This document shows positions 17,948-28,900 of a stretch of DNA of 29,978 nt, piece by piece (the stretch's first letter is position 1; the number at the start of each line of letters is the position of its first letter). Source of the DNA: Candidatus Thorarchaeota archaeon (GTDB taxonomy: Archaea > Asgardarchaeota > Thorarchaeia > Thorarchaeales > Thorarchaeaceae); the NCBI GenBank assembly GCA_016840855.1, contig JAEORO010000216.1:1-29978 (forward strand), read 5' to 3'. A model generated the notes under the pieces. That model ran no database searches. It was not told the origin of the DNA and saw only the letters and a list, made by a program, of their open reading frames with translations. Both the position numbers and the translations under genes were made by a program.

Positions 17948-19849
17948 ATGACAGTAGAGGATGTCAAGCGAACTGATAGTGGTCCTGCTTTAATGCTTGC
18001 TAATGAAGCGGTCGTTAGAGGAGCACTCGAGGCGAACGTGAAAATTGTAGCATTCTATCCAGGTTCGCCAACATCAGAAATCTTAGACACTTTTGGAGAG
18101 GTCTTAGAACACTTTGGTGATTACAAGATGCATATTGCAGCAAACGAGAAAGTTGCTTTGGAAACTGTTGCAGGAGCATCAATGGCTGGTATGCGGTCAT
18201 TCACCTCAATGAAGAGTGTAGGAATGAATGTCGCCAGCGATTCTATGTTCTCAATAGGATACACAGGCCTCAATGCGGGATGTGTTTGTCTGATCGCAGA
18301 TGATCCATATGCACATTCATCCCAATCCGAGCAGGATGGACGATACTTTGGCGAAGCCGCATATGTCCCGATGATAGAACCCGCTACATCTCAAGAAGCA
18401 CTCGATATGACTAAGTGGGCTTTTGAGATTTCTGAGAAACACAGGACGTTAGTCATTATAAGAACCACAACTAGAGTCAACCATCAAAGAGGAATGGTGA
18501 ATCTTGGGAAGTTAAATCGGAAACCATTCAAGAAGAATAAATGGGCTGACATTAAAGGTCAATATTTCACAGTCGGTTCAGTCGCACGAGCTTTGAAAGC
18601 CAAGCTCCTAGAAAAGACGAACGCAATCAGACTGGACTTTGAGAAGACAGATTTCAATAAGGTTGTACCAGGCAAAGGCAATGTAGGGATACTTACTGCT
18701 GGAGTCTGTTTCCTTCATGCTCAAGAAGCTATGAAGAATCTTGACATCAAACTACCTGTATTCAAGCTAGGAACGTTATTTCCACTTCCAGAAAAGAAAC
18801 TCACTGAATTCATTAAACCATTATCAACTCTTATCATTGTTGAGGAACTTACGCCTTTTCTGGAAACTCGTATTGCTGCTCTCGCGCATCAAGTGAATCC
18901 GAATCTAAACATTGTAGGTAAGAAAAGCGGACATTTCTCAGAAATGCTTGAATACAATGTGCCTATTGTCGAAAAAGTCCTTGCTGAAGTTCTTGACAAA
19001 GAAATAAGCACTGACTATGATGCAGTATTACAGAAAGCCCAGAAACTAAAAGAGATTCTGCCTGAGAGACCTCCAATCTTCTGTCCTGGTTGTCCTCATC
19101 GAGGAACGCTTTGGGCTTTTAGACAAGCATTGCAACAGTTGAGAATTCGAAACAAGATTGTATTCAACAACGACATTGGGTGCTACTCAATGGCATTTCT
19201 GCCTCCCAATGAGTTTTCTGACTCGATGTTAGCCATGGGAGCTTCACTTGGGATATCTGCAGGAATGGAGATGGCTCTGGAAGACAAGGTTATTGCGATG
19301 GTGGGTGATAGTACTCTCTATCATGCTTCACTACCTGGGATTGTCAATCTGATTCATCACAACTCCAATGTCACTTTGTTTGTATTAGACAATTCAGTCA
19401 CGGCGATGACTGGACAACAATTCAATCCAAACTCTCCATTTAACGCTGGAGGAATGCCCGCCAGAAAAATCAACATGGAGAAGATGTTCGAGGGTCTTGG
19501 CGCAGACAAGATTGTGGTTATTGATCCTTATGAAACACGTGACTGCGTAGGTCCTATAAAGGACGCAATCGAAACAGAAGGATTCTCAGTGATCATCTCT
19601 CGGCGTGAATGTGCACTCTATGGAGACCGCGAGAAGAAAAAACGTGGTGAGAGAATCACTCCTAGTGAGAATGTAAAGGATACATGCAAGAATATCTATT
19701 CCTGCATAAAAGAGTTCTATTGTCCGGCAATCACCATTGATGAATCGGATGCAAAAATGACCATCCAACAGGACTTGTGTGATGGATGTCTTGAGTGTAG
19801 ACAAGTCTGTCCAGTTAATGCACCCCGGCATTTGGAGGTGAAGAAATGA
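17948..19849 (+). CDS. iorA: indolepyruvate ferredoxin oxidoreductase subunit alpha
   Basis: YPGSPTSEI, NEKVALE, SSQSEQD, RPPIFCPGCPHR, DIGCY, TPP motif GDST...LDN...AMTG and a C-terminal ferredoxin CDGCLECRQVCP. Confidence 0.95.
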   Translation: MTVEDVKRTDSGPALMLANEAVVRGALEANVKIVAFYPGSPTSEILDTFGEVLEHFGDYKMHIAANEKVALETVAGASMAGMRSFTSMKSVGMNVASDSMFSIGYTGLNAGCVCLIADDPYAHSSQSEQDGRYFGEAAYVPMIEPATSQEALDMTKWAFEISEKHRTLVIIRTTTRVNHQRGMVNLGKLNRKPFKKNKWADIKGQYFTVGSVARALKAKLLEKTNAIRLDFEKTDFNKVVPGKGNVGILTAGVCFLHAQEAMKNLDIKLPVFKLGTLFPLPEKKLTEFIKPLSTLIIVEELTPFLETRIAALAHQVNPNLNIVGKKSGHFSEMLEYNVPIVEKVLAEVLDKEISTDYDAVLQKAQKLKEILPERPPIFCPGCPHRGTLWAFRQALQQLRIRNKIVFNNDIGCYSMAFLPPNEFSDSMLAMGASLGISAGMEMALEDKVIAMVGDSTLYHASLPGIVNLIHHNSNVTLFVLDNSVTAMTGQQFNPNSPFNAGGMPARKINMEKMFEGLGADKIVVIDPYETRDCVGPIKDAIETEGFSVIISRRECALYGDREKKKRGERITPSENVKDTCKNIYSCIKEFYCPAITIDESDAKMTIQQDLCDGCLECRQVCPVNAPRHLEVKK

Positions 19850-20478
19850 GTAAAGCTGGAAAGACATTCAACATTATGTTCGCAGGTGTTGGTGGACAAG
19901 GACTTATGCTTCTTTCAGCCATTCTTGGAAAAGCAGCTGTGGATTCAGGTCTTGAAGTAATGACAGGAGAGCAACATGGTCTCTCACAGCGACAAGGCTC
20001 GATCTATGTACATTTCAGGATTGGAGAATCAATCTCGCCTCTGATTCCATATGGTAAAGCTGACATGATGATTGCTATGGAAGCTAGCGAAGCATTGAGG
20101 TATGTTGAATACCTCAAGGAAAATGGAGTAGTGATAATGAGCAACCGAATAATGCCCTCAGTAACTGAAACAAAGAATGTGGCTTTGGACAAAGAGAAGC
20201 AGACCAAGTATCTTACAGTCGATAAGATTGTGCAAAGTCTAAAACAAGTAACAAACCGTATTGTCCTATTAGATTCATTAGATTTGGCTCTCAAAGCAGG
20301 AAATGCCAGAACAGAGAATTCAGTACTTATTGGGGCGACCGTCGCTTGTGAAGATTTTCCAATTCCAGCTGAAGAGGTCAGAAAAGCAGTCCTTGCCCTA
20401 GTCCCTACAAAGACTGCAAATGCAAACTCGAAAGCGTTTGATCTTGGTAGAGATGCTGGAAGTACTTGCTTGGAATAA
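19846..20478 (+). CDS. iorB: indolepyruvate ferredoxin oxidoreductase subunit beta
   Basis: GVGGQG, EQHGLSQRQGS and EALRY motifs; ATGA overlap with iorA. Confidence 0.93.
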   Translation: MSKAGKTFNIMFAGVGGQGLMLLSAILGKAAVDSGLEVMTGEQHGLSQRQGSIYVHFRIGESISPLIPYGKADMMIAMEASEALRYVEYLKENGVVIMSNRIMPSVTETKNVALDKEKQTKYLTVDKIVQSLKQVTNRIVLLDSLDLALKAGNARTENSVLIGATVACEDFPIPAEEVRKAVLALVPTKTANANSKAFDLGRDAGSTCLE

Positions 20479-20490
20479 TTATCAAATATT

Positions 20491-20516
20491 ACTGGAGGAA
20501 GTAATTTTCCTCCAGT
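20491..20516. terminator. perfect 10-bp hairpin between convergent genes
   Basis: ACTGGAGGAA, loop GTAATT, TTCCTCCAGT, lying in the 41-nt gap between the iorB stop and the stop of the 1743-aa gene. Confidence 0.65.
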
Positions 20517-20519
20517 TTC

Positions 20520-23500
20520 TTATTTGAAGGCTTCATCGAGAATTGTGGTTGGTAAACTCGCTTTCTCAACTATTGCACTAATTTCATCTCGATTCAAGTA
20601 CTTTGCAAGGTCGCGAATATATTCTATAAAACGCTCATTCTCTGAACTAACCATTGATCGAGCATTGAATAGAAATACAAACGAAATTTCAGTTAATTCA
20701 CTACTTGGAATTTGGCTCTTCATCGATTTTTTAGCAATTCCTAGTGCCGCTTTGAAGACTCCAAGTCTGAATGCAGATGTTGCTTGTGGCTTCCATTTTT
20801 CTAGTACCTGAATCAGCGCATCTCTGTAAGCAGCTTCAACGTCTGGGGTCCACACAGCTCGACCAAATTCGTTGACTTTTAGTTTCATATGGCGTCTCAG
20901 GATTCTGTCTCTATCAATTGGATTTTCCATCAATTGATTTGCAAGCTCGATTTGTTTTTCGACTCCTACACTATTTTGAAGGTAAAGAGAAATTTGATTC
21001 GGCGAAATTCTATCCTTGGCACTAAGACATGCGATGATTGCTGATACAGGATCAACGATAGGAATACCTGAGAGTATTTTATCTGCTAAATCATCGGATG
21101 ATGCCTGCAACCAATTTTCTGCATCTATTTTAAACTGGCTAGTAGTTACGAGTTCTTGGACAGCTTGGCTCAGTCTATTCTGAAGTGTTGTGGCATAGCT
21201 GCCTAGTTTGAGTTTAATTTGAGGATGCGGATCGTCAACAGCAAACATTGCGGTTCGAAGACTATAGACATAATCAGCGAGCGAATCAATGTTTGCAGAA
21301 CCGGAAACACTCCCTTGCAATACCTGTTTTTCAATCTGGTTTAGAAGTTTCTCCCCTAAAGCATGATCTTTTAGTCCAGCAATCACCGGAACCAATGTAG
21401 TACTTGTGATGTGTTCAACCGATACCCCCATTCCTTCAGCTGCAGAAGTGACTGATTTGATTGCGTCAATAGCGTCATCTATTGACTTGAGCGACCCAGT
21501 GCTAGCTGATTTTGACACAACCTGAAGTGCAGAAATGCGGTCCTTGTTACTTGGTTCTTGAATAAGTTGTTCTAGAATAGGAGAAACTGCTTCTTCCTTT
21601 GTCTTGTCACTAATACTAATTGAAGTAATGTACTTAGCTATCTCTTTTGGCTTGTAGCTAGGGGTCATCAATCTAATAACCACAGAAGCAATCTCATTTT
21701 GCTGGTTTTCATTCAAAACTTGTGTTAGTTTTATCATCTTGGGGACTGATTTGACTGAGAGTATGTTTTGCGATGCATCTTCAATTCTGCCAAGGTTCAT
21801 CAAAAATCTCATGAGATGCTCATTATCCACACGTTCTTTTATTACTGAAAGAAGTAATTCCTGGTTTGAGGGGTCTCGTTGAAGTTTCGATGCAATGTAT
21901 AGAAGATCTCCTTCGGACTGGGAAACAAATTTTGATTGGGTTTCATCATCCATAGTATTGAGGTGATTTAGTAAATTTACAGCGTATCCGTAGTGGCTAA
22001 GAGTTGAAAGATCACGAAAAGTTTCTGCAGCTCCTTCGATATTTCCTTCCTCTAAATCTGCTATAGCTTTGTATAAGGAGCCCTTTTCCCATTGATCTAA
22101 ATTAAAGAAAACTCTGGAGGCCGTTCTAAATTCGCCTTTTAGAACCGATGCATTGGCTAGTGTTTGTAAGTCATTGAAGACAGCTCGTCCAAATTGATTC
22201 TTTAGTTTTGACATCATTTCCTCGGGTAAATTCTCTTTTACTGCTATTCTTGTTGCGGCTCGTGACATCATATTTTTGCAATAAAGATCGAATGCTTCAC
22301 CATTTTCTCCAGCAATTTCCGCATCCAGTCCTTGTTTCAATGAGGCGACTTTTGTACCTTTAATTCTTGTAAACAAACCACCTGCAACGACACACGCACT
22401 CAAAGCGGGAATGATAAACCAAATGACGGGTGAAACCCAGTGACTACTAACTAATACAAGCATGTCATAGTCACAGCATACTGTTTGTACCCCTATGGTA
22501 ATTAGCACATTCAGATTTTGTGAGCCTGTACTTCCAAAAATAACAAGCAGCTCGAAGCTGTGCGATGAGAAACCTGGCAACCATGAAGCTTCAGAAACCA
22601 AAAGGATTTCGTTATTCAAACTCACTTGAACAATTGTTTCAGCTTCAACGTCCTGAGGGTTGAACACAAGAATCTCAAGATTCCAAATTCCGAGTTCAGT
22701 GTACGCTGGTGATTCAATTGAATGAATGACTAAGTTAGGCCATTCAAGAATAACTTGAGTATAGAAAGTATCATTCGTGTTAACATCAGTAATCTCGACA
22801 TCATAGACTCCAAGAGGAGATGCAGAATTGAAATGGATATCAAAAATGCCCATCTCGGTACTGGTGCAAATCGCAGTACCTGAAGTCAGAAGATTATCTT
22901 CAGTGTCATACACATTGATGCTATATGTTCCTGCATATGCATAGATATAACCTACAGGATCATGCATACCTAATGGAAGATGATAGGTTGACCCTGGATG
23001 AGCACGAGCAGTTCTTGAAGGGCCAACACTCACGCATCTATCCATTATCGGATAGCATTGAGCATTCCAATCGTAGAATGTGATATCTGGATCGCCGAAT
23101 ATAATGAATTGCAGAGAACTTGCACCTATAACTGCGGCATCTGATGATGAAACATAACTATCAAGTCCGATATCGGATAACGCATATCGATGAGAATTTA
23201 TATCAAAAGCTGAATCGATAGCTTCTCCTAGTGTTTCATGATTATTAACCATAGACTGAACAACATTGTATTCAAACATATCCGCAGGTCCTACAAAAGT
23301 GTCCGTCCGGCAGGCAAGAACTGCGTCAGCACCGCTTTCCATAATGGTACTTGGACCATAGCTTGATCCAACTTGACAAGAGTCTAAGAACGCAAACATT
23401 CCGCGGAGGTTTGCACCCGTCACAAGTTCACTGATGTTGTAGATGTTCATATAGTTCTCAGGAGGGTATACAACATATTGGGGACTTTCTTCAGTATCAG

Positions 23501-25751
23501 CATCTGGTGAGGATGCTGAACGTCCACTATCATATCCACGCCATGTGTTAGTATAGAATAATGCTACCCGGCCATCGTGTTCGTATAGGTCATATCCTAT
23601 TCCTCCGTGTATTGTAGCAATCCATGTGTAAGGAGCGGTATTCAATTCACTAATTGTACTTGGGCCAACCTGCATTACTGGTGAGAGTCCGGAAGTTGAT
23701 ACTAATGATGAGAAGTCATTTGAATTATCAATAGTTCTGTACGCTCTGTTGTTTGCCATCACTTGGTCCCCATATGAATAAACAAGATAACTTCCAAGGA
23801 CCTCATGAGACCTACTAGACAGTGACATGAGTGGTATCCTAAGAACTGAACGCATTAGTTGTACAAGAGTTGCTTCTGTATTAATAGAGGAATATCGTCC
23901 CGCATCAGCTAATCCTGTCAGTGCTCTCTCAAAAGATGGTGGAAGGGCTTCACCAGGCCCATAATATGGTGCAATGGTGATAACATTATCTACAGAATCA
24001 ATACCAGCGATTGACGATAACCACGGAAAGAATCGGTCAGCTATTGCTGTCATTGTTGTGATAGGAGGGTTCATGTCACTAAAGTCCGCATCATTAGTCC
24101 AGAAATCTATCAATGAAAATGTAGCAATAAGGGGCATCTGGTATTCCCTATTCCAGCTGAGTTGCTCTGGAATTTGTGAGAGAGTCATTAACCCAGAGTC
24201 TGCATAACTGTAAGGAATCGCTGGGCAACCTCTCTGGGTTGCGGACAAACCAGCAGCTGCAAAGGAAGTTCCTAAGGAATCATAAAGAGCTACCGACCCA
24301 AGTGAGTTACTTCTTTCATCAAGAGCAGAAAGAAGTATTTGGACTTCAGTGAAGTTTTCTACCGCATTCACATTGCAACCTAATGCCTCGAGCTCATTCC
24401 TAATTGTAGAATCACCTTGACCTGTTGGATTCATAAAATAAACAGTTTGAGGAGAGATGTATTGAATGGCCTGTTCTGTGACAGAATCAAGAGATCTCCC
24501 ATTTGTGTATAGAAGCGGTGCACCAAGATGTGACGCAAGACTAGCACCATTTGCAGCATTTGCTGCAGCTGCCTGAAAGTCATTATTAATCACATTTTTC
24601 ACTATGCTTAGGTCATAGGACACAGAAGTATCTTCTGCACTGTAAACATATGCTCTATACGAACCAGGAGTTGGGTGGGATAAGCTTACAGAAATCTCAC
24701 TGACTTCGTTAACACCCTCAAACAACGCAAATCTATTGGCATTTAGAATGATATTGCCAGAAGGATCCAATACATTGAGACCAATATTTCGAGGTGTACC
24801 GCCAATGACTGATAAATCAAAGTCTATTTTGCAGTCTTCTCCAGGGGCAACAGTGAAGGTGTAGAAGTCAGCATCTGGAATATCTATATCGAAGTGAAGG
24901 TTGACTGTCCTGCTATACTCATAGAAATCAATTGCATGAAGAATCCAAGTCGAACCTGGACGTTCATCGTAAGGATACATTACTGTTCGACCGTCATAAT
25001 AAGGAAAATCCATTGGATAGTATCTAGAACCTTCTTGCGCAAGCAAGTCGAACCAAATGTAACTGTCTCCACTTGTTAGCGTGATGATTGCGCCTCCTCC
25101 TGTTGGTGAGTATGTACCAAAGTATTCCCAATCCGAGCTGGCTGAAGTGCTTCCACTTCGACTCGTACTATACATCGCATTCAGAGTTGCGGATGTATCC
25201 GCGATGGTGATGCTATCAGAGTACAGAGGTGAAAATGGAGCTTCTGTAAGAACCACTGTTGAGGTCCCAGCGAAGAATTCTGTGGCAAGATTTGCAGCCA
25301 TTTCTATGTGATCAGTTCCCGAGATTGTATAATGAGTGTCTGCTATAGATGTCAGTGCTTGGTGGTCAGGATTTTGAACATTTCCAACAAAGACCAATTC
25401 ATTCAGCGACCCACCAAGCAGTTCGAGCCATTCGTTTAATGGTGATGCGTAATCTTCAATATCATCAGGCAAGACAAGTCCGGAAGTTGTGTGAGTGCTA
25501 TTGGAACGGATTGTGAGAGGCACCGCAGCAAGGTAATTGAAAGCATTTGTCAGGTCATTCCCAGAATCGCCCACCATGACTGTTAGATCCATTGGGATGA
25601 CCCCTGAATATCCCGAATATTGTGAAGGCAAAACGGATTCTAAATCAAATACTGTATTACTTTGAATTGATGACTGGATAAATGCACCCTGAATTAAAGG
25701 CGAGAAGAACATGATTGCAAACCAAATCCCCATCAGTAGCCGCTTGTTCAT
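20520..25751 (-). CDS. type I membrane protein: signal peptide, CWB2-like segments, PPC-like domain, peptidase C25-like domain, Ig-like domains, TM and cytoplasmic alpha-solenoid
   Basis: MNKR plus a hydrophobic N-terminus; ANGASLASHLGAPLLYT; TIHGG (H715), FLDSCQVG (C792) and IIFGDP; TM at about aa 1105-1127; helical C-terminal ~615 aa; GAGGAGGG RBS. Confidence 0.75.
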   Translation of the reverse strand: MNKRLLMGIWFAIMFFSPLIQGAFIQSSIQSNTVFDLESVLPSQYSGYSGVIPMDLTVMVGDSGNDLTNAFNYLAAVPLTIRSNSTHTTSGLVLPDDIEDYASPLNEWLELLGGSLNELVFVGNVQNPDHQALTSIADTHYTISGTDHIEMAANLATEFFAGTSTVVLTEAPFSPLYSDSITIADTSATLNAMYSTSRSGSTSASSDWEYFGTYSPTGGGAIITLTSGDSYIWFDLLAQEGSRYYPMDFPYYDGRTVMYPYDERPGSTWILHAIDFYEYSRTVNLHFDIDIPDADFYTFTVAPGEDCKIDFDLSVIGGTPRNIGLNVLDPSGNIILNANRFALFEGVNEVSEISVSLSHPTPGSYRAYVYSAEDTSVSYDLSIVKNVINNDFQAAAANAANGASLASHLGAPLLYTNGRSLDSVTEQAIQYISPQTVYFMNPTGQGDSTIRNELEALGCNVNAVENFTEVQILLSALDERSNSLGSVALYDSLGTSFAAAGLSATQRGCPAIPYSYADSGLMTLSQIPEQLSWNREYQMPLIATFSLIDFWTNDADFSDMNPPITTMTAIADRFFPWLSSIAGIDSVDNVITIAPYYGPGEALPPSFERALTGLADAGRYSSINTEATLVQLMRSVLRIPLMSLSSRSHEVLGSYLVYSYGDQVMANNRAYRTIDNSNDFSSLVSTSGLSPVMQVGPSTISELNTAPYTWIATIHGGIGYDLYEHDGRVALFYTNTWRGYDSGRSASSPDADTEESPQYVVYPPENYMNIYNISELVTGANLRGMFAFLDSCQVGSSYGPSTIMESGADAVLACRTDTFVGPADMFEYNVVQSMVNNHETLGEAIDSAFDINSHRYALSDIGLDSYVSSSDAAVIGASSLQFIIFGDPDITFYDWNAQCYPIMDRCVSVGPSRTARAHPGSTYHLPLGMHDPVGYIYAYAGTYSINVYDTEDNLLTSGTAICTSTEMGIFDIHFNSASPLGVYDVEITDVNTNDTFYTQVILEWPNLVIHSIESPAYTELGIWNLEILVFNPQDVEAETIVQVSLNNEILLVSEASWLPGFSSHSFELLVIFGSTGSQNLNVLITIGVQTVCCDYDMLVLVSSHWVSPVIWFIIPALSACVVAGGLFTRIKGTKVASLKQGLDAEIAGENGEAFDLYCKNMMSRAATRIAVKENLPEEMMSKLKNQFGRAVFNDLQTLANASVLKGEFRTASRVFFNLDQWEKGSLYKAIADLEEGNIEGAAETFRDLSTLSHYGYAVNLLNHLNTMDDETQSKFVSQSEGDLLYIASKLQRDPSNQELLLSVIKERVDNEHLMRFLMNLGRIEDASQNILSVKSVPKMIKLTQVLNENQQNEIASVVIRLMTPSYKPKEIAKYITSISISDKTKEEAVSPILEQLIQEPSNKDRISALQVVSKSASTGSLKSIDDAIDAIKSVTSAAEGMGVSVEHITSTTLVPVIAGLKDHALGEKLLNQIEKQVLQGSVSGSANIDSLADYVYSLRTAMFAVDDPHPQIKLKLGSYATTLQNRLSQAVQELVTTSQFKIDAENWLQASSDDLADKILSGIPIVDPVSAIIACLSAKDRISPNQISLYLQNSVGVEKQIELANQLMENPIDRDRILRRHMKLKVNEFGRAVWTPDVEAAYRDALIQVLEKWKPQATSAFRLGVFKAALGIAKKSMKSQIPSSELTEISFVFLFNARSMVSSENERFIEYIRDLAKYLNRDEISAIVEKASLPTTILDEAFK

Positions 25752-25900
25752 AGTTCAGTACCCTCCTCTATCTGAATGATTAGTTGTTCAGTCTGTTTTC
25801 TAACCCTTCTAAATCGTAACAGGGTGATTAGTAGTAAGATGCTCAGTAGTGCGGTTGCACCCAGTGCTACTATCTGTAACATGTCCACAATAAACTGCAT
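25748..25900 (-). CDS. 50-aa single-TM microprotein (absent from the ORF track)
   Basis: MQFIVDMLQIVALGATALLSILLLITLLRFRRVRKQTEQLIIQIEEGTEL. TAATG overlap with the upstream stop and ATGA overlap with the downstream start. Confidence 0.8.
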   Translation of the reverse strand: MQFIVDMLQIVALGATALLSILLLITLLRFRRVRKQTEQLIIQIEEGTEL

Positions 25901-28900
25901 TATTCTTCCTCCCCCATATAATCAGGTTCTTCTTTTAACACTCCCCGAGGTTTTCGTCTCATCCTGTAGAACATCCTCTCGTTTACGAGGAAAACCCCTA
26001 GTGCAGGAATTATACTCCCAACGACCACAACACCAATAGTCAGTAGTTCACTCAAAGGCATAGGCACATCATAACGAAGCGGATTTCGACCACCATGAAA
26101 TTCATCGAAGTCGGAAACGCCATCTGAGTCAGTATCAGGATTGAAAATGTCAGTTCCCATGTCCCATTCTTCTTTGTTGGTCAGTCCATCCCCATCAGCA
26201 TCTGAGTCTGCATCTGCCACAAGTGGATCTGTCCCCGCGAGATATTCTTCGTAGTCAGACATTCCATCAAAATCTGTATCGAATAAAGTCGGGTCACTAC
26301 CAAACTGGAGTACTTCGAAACCGTCAGATAATTCATCGGAGTCTGAATCCACTAAGAGTGGACTTGTACCAAGAATTAATACTTCGTAACCATCTTCCAA
26401 GAGATCTTTATCCGTATCATCATCTATAGGACTTGTACCATAGGTCTCAATCTCTTCAAGATCTGTGAGATCATCTGAGTCAGAATCTCCACTGTTTGGA
26501 TTACATCCGTTGAGATATTCATCAATATTTGAAAGACCATCCAAATCAGCATCACCAGCTGAATCGTCGACTAGAATATTCAGCCCGTATGTATATTCCC
26601 AGAAGTCAGGCATGAGATCTGAATCAGAGTCACTGCTTGCTGGATTAGAGCCAAGATTGTACTCCTGAAGATTGGTAAGACCATCTGACTCAAGGTCTCC
26701 ACCTGCATCATTTATTGTCGGATTTAGACCATTGAAATACTCCCAACCATCTGGCATTAAATCAGAGTCTGTATCGTTGTTATTTGGAAGAGTTCCAATT
26801 ACATACTCTTGGAGGTTAGTTAGCATATCTGAATCGAGATCACCAGTGGTGTCATCTACAAGCGGGTCAAGACCATAAGTGTACTCAAATCCATCAGGCA
26901 TTTGATCGTCATCTGAGTCTACATCATTTGGATATGTTCCGATGCTGAACTCAAGGATATTTGTCAAATTATCTTCATCAGCATCGAACTGCGAATCATC
27001 TGCTCTCGGATTTAAGTTATACAACACTTCGTAGCCATCTGGCATAGAATCAGAATCTGTGTCATTATTTTTGGGATTAGTTGAATATTCAAATTCTTGA
27101 AGGTTAGTCAATGTATCATTATCAGGATCAAGAGACGCATCATTTACTAGTGGATTCAGAGCGTATAATACCTCCCAACCATCTGACATCAAATCACTAT
27201 CACTGTCTTTGTTGAAGGGGTGAGTGCCATATGTGCTCTCTTCAATATCTAGAAGTCCATCCGAATCAGAATCGCCTATTGGAGGTAAGATAACGAGAAA
27301 AACTTCGTTGCTTCCCGAATAAGATGAGTCGTACGCATTGGTTATCCAAAAGTTAGAGCTTCCAGTATACCCTGAAACATACATCTTTGAGTCGCTATCA
27401 ATAATCATTGCGCGACAACAGTCATCATTGGATCCACCAATATAGCTCGAAAATATGAGGTCATCTAGATTCTTGTTTATTTTGAGCAGGACTGTATCAT
27501 ATCCTCCACTTATTGTTTCAGAGAAGGCAAGCTCCATAGGGAAATTGGATGATGTTGACTCAATTGAGAGATACACATAACCCATAAAATCAATCCCGAG
27601 TCCATATGCTCTCTCAGTACCCGAACCTCCGAGATATGTCGCTGTTTCTATACTACCACTTTGAGCATTTACTCGCATGATTACTACATCATATCCACCA
27701 TTGTGTGAAAGGTCAAACCCATTTACCACGGGAAAGTTGCTACTCGCTGAAAAACCAGACAGGATGATATCGCCGTCAAGATTCTCACCAATTCTGACCA
27801 AGTAGTCATCAGAGGACCCTCCATAATAGGTAGAGAAAATGATACTCGAGAACTCCGAATCAAGCTTCGTTAAGAAGGCATCATATCCGCCATTTTGCGT
27901 TGTATCATATGCATTAATCATTGGAAAATCAATAGATCCGGTTGTTCCTGTAAGTAATATACATCCATCAGACATGAAGTTCATATCGTAGACAATATCG
28001 TAGCCTGTACCTCCAATGTAGGTAGACATCTCAATTTGATGGTCTGAAATATCAATTCTAGAAATAGAACCATCAGTGTTTCCACCATAGGATACATCAA
28101 ATGCTCCTTCAGTTATGGGGTAATTGCTCGAACTAGTATATCCGAATACCCAGACATCATTATCAGCACCTAAACGAAGTCCATTACCAATATCTCTCCC
28201 AGTTCCACCCAGATATGAAGAGTACAATAAACTGTTACCTGCACTGTGAAGCTTAATGATATATGAGTCATGATCACCTCTAAATGCATTCTGGAAAGCA
28301 TCTGCAGTTACAGGGAAATCACTACTTCGAGTGTAACCAGTCAGATAGATATGATTAGATGCATCGAGTACCATACCATAGGCTGTATCGTAGTACGACC
28401 CTCCAATGTATGTAGAGAAAATTAGTGTTTGACCGTCAGCAGCAAATTTTGTGACAAAGATATCCATACTGGATACAGTACTATCATAGCCATTGACAAT
28501 GGGGAAACCAGAACTGTATGTATATCCACTTACTACAATATTACCTAGACTATCGAGTTGCACAGCATAACCACATTCATCACTTGTGCTTCCAAGATAA
28601 GTGGAATAGATGGGTTCTCTGTTAACAATAGGATCATTAGGATCAAATGGATCGGTCATTAGGATTAGTATCTCTGTGCCATCTCCAAATGAGTCTCCAT
28701 CAGTATCAACAAGATGGGGATTTGTACCATAAGTCACGACTTCTTGGAAATCATTCAAAGCATCTAAGTCCGTATCAATTTTGTCAGGTCTGGTTCCATT
28801 CCTGAACTCGTAAAGGTTCAAGAGACCCTCACCATCCAAATCGAGAAACGCGTCAGTTGCATTCAACGGATCAAGACCATAGAAAATCTCCCAGTCATCT

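Noticed and set aside
1865-26878. Many short listed ORFs overlapping longer genes (e.g. 2837-3049, 7336-7614, 14115-14498, 15192-15554, 15693-15968, 20524-20811, 25776-26039, 26223-26878)
   Set aside because: They are antisense or off-frame shadows of well-supported genes and carry no recognisable motifs. 25776-26039 is antisense to the better-supported 50-aa microprotein.
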